Below are positions 56,478-64,000 of a DNA stretch of 64,000 bases, in pieces. Made by a program: the position numbers and the translations under genes. Source of the stretch: Octopus vulgaris (lineage: Eukaryota); assembly GCA_951406725.2 (NCBI GenBank), contig OX597826.1:78120001-78184000 (forward strand). Direction: 5' to 3'. The notes beneath the pieces are model-generated. The model was not told the DNA's origin and did not search any database. It saw only the letters and a list, made by a program, of their open reading frames with translations. The number at the start of each line of letters is the position of its first letter. Position 1 is the stretch's first letter.

Positions 56478-56827
56478 CATACATACATGCATACATGCTT
56501 GTTCATAATGGAGTTACTACGTATTGTAGCGCATAATTGAAGAAATCAAAGAACGTGTACGCTGTGTATGTGGACGCATGTGTCTGTCTTATACGCGCGC
56601 GTGTGTGTGTCTCAATGTGGACGCATGCGTAGTTGTATTCGTTTCTTTGACTGAGTTGGTACAATGGCACAGCAACCAAAATACGATTTAAAACAAAAGA
56701 GTTATATGTTTACCTTGTTACGTCTGTACGACTTCATCATATCATCATTCGGATGGTTCTGGACATTAAGTCTCTGTGTATGTGTATATCTCCAGGTATG
56801 TCTGTACGCGTGTGTGTTTGTATGCAT

Positions 56828-57147
56828 GTAGGTATGTATGTATGTATGTATGTATGTATGTAGGTATGTATGTAGGTATGTATGTAGGTATGTAGGTAGG
56901 TAGGTAGGTAAGTATGTATGTAGGTAGGTAGGTAGGTAGGTAGGTAGGCAGGTAGGTAGGTAGGTAGGTAGGTAGGTAGGTAGGTAGGTAGGTAGGTAGG
57001 TAGGTAGGTAGGTAGGTAGGTAGGTAGGTAGGCAGGTAGGTAGGTAGGTAGGTAGGTAGGTAGGTAGGTAGGCAAGTAGGTAGGTAGGTAGGTAGGTAGG
57101 TAGGTAGGTAGGTAGGTAGGTAGGTAGGTAGGTAGGTATGTAGGTAG
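56828..57147. repeat. (TATG)n grading into (TAGG)n
   Basis: Direct reading. Confidence 0.97.
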
Positions 57148-58320
57148 CTGCTGTATGTCTTGTGTACCTGTGTTTACTGGAATGTAAGAGGGTCGGTAGG
57201 TTGGCATCAAACCCATACTGGAGCCACTTCATATGTTTCTATTAGTGGTCCTCAACAGGATCATAATGATAACCAGAGAAGACAAAGGACCATGAAGGAC
57301 CTGTGTGAAAATTTATATGAAAGGGGTAGAGGCTAAGAGCTTCAAAGTGTCGGTGGAGATTGTTAAGGACCAAGAAGCCGTGAAAAAATCTTTGGGCAGT
57401 GGTTGTGAATGTTGTAGGGGTATGTTATGAAATCATTATTTTCACTTCCTGTTCAGGCACCTGTATAGCTTCCTTGGAATTTGGCAGCCATCGTTTGCGA
57501 TAAAAGCGGTTAATCGGCGTAAACTTGTTCGCTCGACAACTGAAGCTGACATCTGAGTTGAACAGAACCATTTAATTCTCAGCAATTGATTCTAGTCACA
57601 AGAATCTTTTCACCTGAAATGCAAAAACAATTATGCTCACAAGTTCATCCAGAAAGCATTTCAAGGAAAACGTCTTCTCGACAACAATAACAGCAACAAC
57701 AACCATTCAAAAATGTCTTTGATTAATTTGACGACAGATCATTTCGATATAAGTATGGTGTGGACATGTTGGAAAGCTGCATTGATCTTCGTTAGTTGTA
57801 CACCAGATATTTGTAATATTTGGTTCCAACTTTGATAAAAGAAGTCAATCTCAAACGGTACACTACTTCCATTCAATTTCTATTTTTGGTCAATATCTGG
57901 GTTCCTCCGCCAAACATTTCCTCAACATTTTGCATGATTAAAAACAACAAAATAACTTGGCTTCATTCCACAATAAAAGACGTTTCACACAGCTTTATAA
58001 CCACATTTTACACAAGCCTTCATTTACGAAAACCATTTTTACTTCCTCCCAACACGATGATGGACTCCTGCAATTAATGTTTCGTTCTATTTTGCACACA
58101 AATGAGTTCCAGTCGAAGGGCGCCGTAGTGTTCCACGGTGAAAGCTGGCAGCCTCCATTTGTAATGAAATTGTCCAAGCGTAAACTTATATGCTCGAATA
58201 CTAAAAAAAGACCTTGGAGCTGAACAGAACGGTTTGATTGTCAGCGATAGTTTCTAATTACAAGGGAATAAGGAAGTATAAGGATCTTATTCTAGATCTT
58301 TCTTCTATCCCAAATAACTC

Positions 58321-58575
58321 AGGTTGGATCAGGGAGATGCCTTGAGGGAGGCATCCCTAGAGAAAGTATGCAAATATCGACCGCTCATACAATAGCTATT
58401 GCAGGAGTTTGATCAGTCGGTAGAGGTGCACGGACTCCCCATCGGTGCCTGTGGTGCCTGGTGCCGGCCTGCGAGTTCGGTGCTAGATGCCTTGGGCATC
58501 AGAGACAGGTCATTTCGATGTCTGCTCAGCAGGACGGCGATGATTCACAAGTACAATATACTTTTCTGTACATAT
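58321..58575 (+). mobile_element. R2/NeSL-like LINE REL-domain C-terminal fragment
   Basis: DALREASLEKVCKYRPL..*..VEVHGLPIGACGAW...VLDALGI...LLSR resembles R2 EK..KY..L, GFP.GARG.W and L..LG. Confidence 0.6.
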
Positions 58576-60442
58576 TTTTTTTCTCTTGCAGTTTTATCTC
58601 TCATCAAATAGACTTTCGTTTTTAATGAACTATTTACTTACAAACTAGCAACACTTTTTGAGGTTTTGCGCATTTACATATCGTCTCCTTTTAATACGTT
58701 CACAATATATGCCTCGTAAATTCAGTAATGCAAATTAATTCATTTCCAGGCGAAGTAACTTCGGTTGCAATCATTTCATTTTGATTTTTTATATTTATAT
58801 GAAAATTGGTATGAAAATATTTATAAGATACTAGTTTGTGTTAATATAATTTTTTTTCTTTTAACTATAACTATTTCTTACCATTAAGAATAAACTAGAA
58901 ATGGTGAAAATTATGAATATGGTCCAAGTGGTACTAACAATCCAAGAAACAAAACATGCAGAAAGGAGAAGGTTCGGTCAAAGAATATAAACTATTTGCA
59001 ATAAAAAATTATTACTCTAATTCAAGATGGCCGGCGAACCATGTGACATTTCTTTGAAAATGACGAATGAAATGAAGCTATGAAATCATAACATCTAACA
59101 AGGAGCATTTCGAAAGAAGCACCCGGGAATATGTGCTTATTAAAGAATACATTTCACAAAATAAGGATATTTGATAGACATGCAACATAAGTGTGGGAGC
59201 AAAATTTGCCCAGGAGTTTCAAACCGAGATCCAACCCAGGATGCTCAAAGTGTTTTCATTGCCCTCCAAATATTGCATCTAGATATAGTATTTCATTGAT
59301 AATAGTTAATAACTAGTACAACACTAATACTACCCACAGTTTCTTAAGTTTTTCCTAAGGTCGTTAAAATAGATACAGATATTTTAAAATCGATCCTATA
59401 TCTGGTTGGAATGATCAAAGAGAGAAGGATATTGAAGACCTGCTGTAGTTGGAACTCCAAAGGACTGGTCTAAGTACATAATTCGATAAATCAACTGAAA
59501 GTGACAACGAAGAAGGTGTATGCATTTTGTTAAAAGAAAGGAAAAGCCATAAAGAAATCCTTTCCGGTAAATCGTTAATACAAAGAGACAAAAAACGTTT
59601 CAAGTATTAACACCTTACTTTGAAATTAACGATATCCGTTTTAGCAAAATGATATGGAGTGCATCTGAGGGTCAACCAGCTCTGACAAGTCACAAAGCTG
59701 ATCTTAAGGCAAATATCGAAAAAAACAAGAAACAGCTAATCTATTCGCAATTCAGTTAACACAGTCCATAAAAGCATAGGGAGCAGATGTTTCCCAGCCC
59801 AACTTTTGTTGCCGATAACAAAATCAAAGCGAAGGCCGATAACAAAATCAAAGCGAAGGCTGTTCTAACAAGTTATGTGAACTGAACAGTGAAAATTTCC
59901 AAAGATTACTTCTCTGCTAAAGTTCATTCCTGTCAAAAGGATGTTATTTGAAACGATTCTTCTAGCTTTACGACATCATTGTTACACTTTTACTTATAAA
60001 TCATGACGATGAACTTACCCGGTGACATTGACTTCGTTCGTAGTGTCCAGGCTAATTAGCTCGTATTTACGACAAGATGGATAACTTTGCTACTGCGAAG
60101 GGAATTGTTTTAATTCACGGAAATACTGTGGTTGACAACTTACGAATGAAACCAAATTGCAAATACTGAAACATGGCAAAAGTGAGTTTCAGCTGTTCCT
60201 ATGAATTAAAGGCATCGTACAAATACTTACAGACTGGACTATGAGGATTAGTGAAACGAAATTGCAAAATGATTCTCAAACAAAATTTACTGGATTGGTT
60301 GAACTAACAGCCATTTTGCGTTTATATTCAAAATGGCTGACGACTAGCATCACGCTTGAAACTCAAGAGTACCAACGAATTTGAATCAAACTGTTTTGAT
60401 CCATAAGTGTAACTCCCTTATTTCGTTTGTCCACTGACTCGC

Positions 60443-60501
<59 letters not shown>

Positions 60502-60661
60502 TGTGTTACATGTTCCAATCGTTTTCAAGCAAATAAACATAAATAGGTATAAATTAAATTAAATTAGTCTATAACTATATTACAAAAATCGCACGATGTT
60601 ATTTCTTCGTTTCCTTCACAGAAGAAAGTGCAGAAATGAAGAGCAGGCTGTCATTTATACA

Positions 60662-60744
<83 letters not shown>

Positions 60745-61215
60745 ATGAGAAACGTGTAGATGTGTACAGGACATGTCCAAATCCTATAGAACGTAATTAC
60801 GATCCAGACAGCTTTTCACACAACTTTATACGATTTATATCGCAGCGCATATGATGTTATATTATATTATATTATAGTATATTATATTATGATATGGTGC
60901 ACGGAACGCCATCTACCTAGTTTACGAATACAGTTGAGTATGGTATACGCCTGCAGTCATACAATATGGTCCGTTTATTAATGGTTCAAATCATAAGATG
61001 GTTCCACTTTCACCTGAAGATTGAAACAATTAGCTCTTGAACTGGTCGCAATATTTTCGTGAACATCGTTCGCGGATACAAAATTGAGGTGATGACCCTG
61101 ACGTTCTTGTTGTTATTCAGAAGTCAGGGACGAGGTAAGTGTTTTAGTACGATCATCATAATTTAATATGATTCTACAGTGTGTAAGTATGCTATGCTCA
61201 CAATTATATTCAAAC

Positions 61216-61264
<49 letters not shown>

Positions 61265-61306
61265 TGAACTTACGTTTATATATATATATGTGTGTGTGTG
61301 TGTATG

Positions 61307-61395
<89 letters not shown>

Positions 61396-61560
61396 GGCGC
61401 AGCAGTGGCTGTGTCGTAAGTAGATTGCTTACCAACCACATGGTTCCGGGTTCAGTCCCACTGCGTGGCACCATGGGCAAGTGTCTTCTACTATAGCCTC
61501 GAGCCAACCAAAGCCTTGTGAGTGGATTTGTTAAACGGAAACTGAAAGAAACCCGTCGTA
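61396..61560 (+). mobile_element. SINE family 1 5' half ending at (TA)n
   Basis: ggcgcagcagtggctgtg...gggttcagtccc...gaaactgaaagaaacccgtcgta. Confidence 0.92.
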
Positions 61561-61566
61561 TATATG

Positions 61567-61642
<76 letters not shown>

Positions 61643-61759
61643 TACATATATACGACGGGCGTTTTTATGAAAAGTAACGATAAATATAAACGACTAGATG
61701 AACTGAGATAGAATTAAGGGGTATAAAATTCATTATTATGAATTGTTAAAGAAATTCAG

Positions 61760-61795
61760 AGTCATACCGGTATCGTCAAAAGCTGTTCACTGACT
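61760..61795 (-). ncRNA. Decayed minimal hammerhead motif
   Basis: agtca-GTGAACA-gcttttgac-GATA-ccgg-TA-tgact; stems I and III intact, three core substitutions. Confidence 0.5.
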
Positions 61796-61968
61796 TTGAA
61801 TGAGCACTGATTTCCAAACGGTGTCGAGTGGAATAGTCCCTAAGTAAAAAGATTACATGAAAGGGAGGTAAGCAGTTCTGGAAGTGGTGCAATTAGGGCA
61901 GATTTAAATACTGTAAAATGAATGGTGTATGGGATGTATGGAAATTAGTTGTATTATTGGTAAGGTTA

Positions 61969-62229
61969 TTAGTGTCCAGCAGCATGTTGTGTGTTTATGT
62001 TGAGTTTCGGATGATATTTATTAATGAAAGTTGCCTCTTTATCTATTCTTTTCTGTACTGAGGTGTTCTGTGAACATTGATAGAAAGGGAAAATTAGGAA
62101 GTTTGGTTTAAGGTTCCTAGCACATCTTTCTATGTGTGCATTGACCTGTATCGGTCTGTATCGTGGGTAGCGGATTTGTTCTTTGTGTAGAGATGTTCTT
62201 CGACGGAGTGACATTCCTGCTTGACCTAT
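61969..62229 (-). pseudogene. GIY-YIG endonuclease C-terminal fragment (PLE)
   Basis: IGQAGMSLRRRTSLHKEQI...H...C...IFPFY...KEATFINKYHPKLN matches YIGQT..L..R..H and E..FI..Y.P.LN. Confidence 0.85.
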
Positions 62230-62644
62230 ACACACACACACACAAACATACACACGCATTTATATATATACATATACATACACACACGTAAATACACATA
62301 TTAAGAGAGGGGGATAGACTCACACATATACACATACATATATAAATGGATATCAAATTTGATAAATAGACAGACAGACAAATTTGAAAGATAAGTAGAC
62401 AGTCAGACAGACTAACAGGCAAGCAGACAGACAAAATGACGGGCAGTTAGTTTACTTTCATGTAGGCTGGGCATTTTTGTATCATTATCAGGGATTGGCA
62501 GGGGATGGAGTGAATGTCATCATTTGTGGAACTGTAGACCAAAGCATAAAAAACATGAAAGGAAGAATTAGTAAGGAATGCAAAAAAATGCAAAGAAGAA
62601 GAGAAGAAGGGAAGAAGAAGGAGGAGGAGGGGAGGGGAGGAGGA

Positions 62645-62678
<34 letters not shown>

Positions 62679-63300
62679 TTGATGATGATGATGATAATGA
62701 TGAAGGGGCAACTAACGAGCTAACAATCGAAGGAAAACAAATGGAAAGAAGAAAAATGAAGGAATTCTTTTTTTATTAATGAAACGTCACGCACATTATT
62801 AAATGAGAGTGAAAAATGTCTAGAATCATCTTAAAAGTTATGGCGTTAATAGAGTTAAGAAATGGTTAGAAGCAATTCCTTTGTGAAAATTTCCACTTTG
62901 TCTTTCAAAGAGAAATAATGCAATGAAGTAGAAGTTAAATTACATTCATTAATTATAAATCTATCTGATTATATTTTGGATTAGTCTCGCCATGAAAGAG
63001 GTTCCTGAAGAGAAGCCGAGGTTACGAGAAAAATACAAGTTTAAGTGATGATACAGTTGTCTCGATATATATATGAAAGTTAGAGGGGAGTAAAGGGAGG
63101 TAATCAATTACGCTGTAGCTGATATATCATCGTTTCTGCGTAGATGAATATATTGGCGGCCTGTTAGGGTATTAGGAGAAGATGTAAAGTGGACGAAAAA
63201 AAAACGCTTTAATGTTTATACAGGCTGTAGACTGTCAAATTAAATTATATCCATCATATATATACACATATATACATATATGTATATATATACATATATG

Positions 63301-63375
<75 letters not shown>

Positions 63376-63514
63376 ATATATATATACATATACATTTATA
63401 TATATGATATAATTTCATATATATATATATATGTATATACATGCATGTATGTATATGTAAATATATAAATCTACCTACCTACGTACATATATATATATAG
63501 TTATATACGTGTAT

Positions 63515-63561
<47 letters not shown>

Positions 63562-63789
63562 AGTAAACTTCTAAAGACAAAGATGTATGTACATACATAT
63601 ATAGATATATATATGGAAATATATATAAATATACATATATATATTTACAGACATATATTCACTCACACACACATATGTACATATATATATATATACATAC
63701 ATATATATTAATATGTGCGTGTGCGTGCATGTTTTAGTGTGTATATGTGCGTGTGAATATGTTTGCATATGTGTGTGTGTATCTGTACA

Positions 63790-63841
<52 letters not shown>

Positions 63842-64000
63842 CACACACATCCACATACGCTCATATTTATATTTGCCTCACTAAACTTATATTTATATAC
63901 ACATAAACTCTGATATCGTATTTTATCTTCGCTATAAAGCAATCTCGGTTGGATAAAATATGTTTTAGAATGTTTATGTACAGAGAACGTAATTCAATTT

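Larger units (their letters stand above)
61660..62229 (-). mobile_element. Penelope-like element 3' portion (endonuclease end and pLTR region)
   Basis: GIY-YIG C-terminal ORF followed by a decayed hammerhead; flanked by (CA)n and (TA)n. Confidence 0.8.

Noticed and set aside
56890-57147. Interstitial telomere
   Set aside because: The unit is TAGG, not TTAGGG or TTAGG, and it grades from a TATG array

Overview
Eukaryotic, AT-rich, extremely microsatellite-dense intergenic or intronic DNA. The repeat families look like those of an octopus or other coleoid cephalopod (inference from recognition, not from a search). I find no supportable host protein-coding gene, rRNA, true tRNA or CRISPR array, and almost all ORFs in the track are translations of simple repeats. 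The non-simple sequence is mostly transposon debris: a young 5'-truncated CR1-group LINE, several tRNA-derived SINE families, RTE, R4/Dong and R2-like LINE ends, Penelope-like (PLE) fragments, mariner, Tc1, Tigger and hAT remnants and MITEs, and an intact non-autonomous Helitron. The most interesting signals are RNA-structural. (1) Several minimal type I hammerhead ribozyme motifs each carry a different palindromic stem III; one sits inside an inverted-repeat-bounded ORF-less element and one lies downstream of a PLE GIY-YIG ORF. (2) A SINE and a LINE share a 3' tail with compensatory changes in a hairpin. (3) A hairpin-rich ORF-less ~530 bp element is embedded in (TATG)n. (4) Fold-back palindromes cluster next to (TA)n arrays. 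All family calls come from manual motif reading, and boundaries are approximate.
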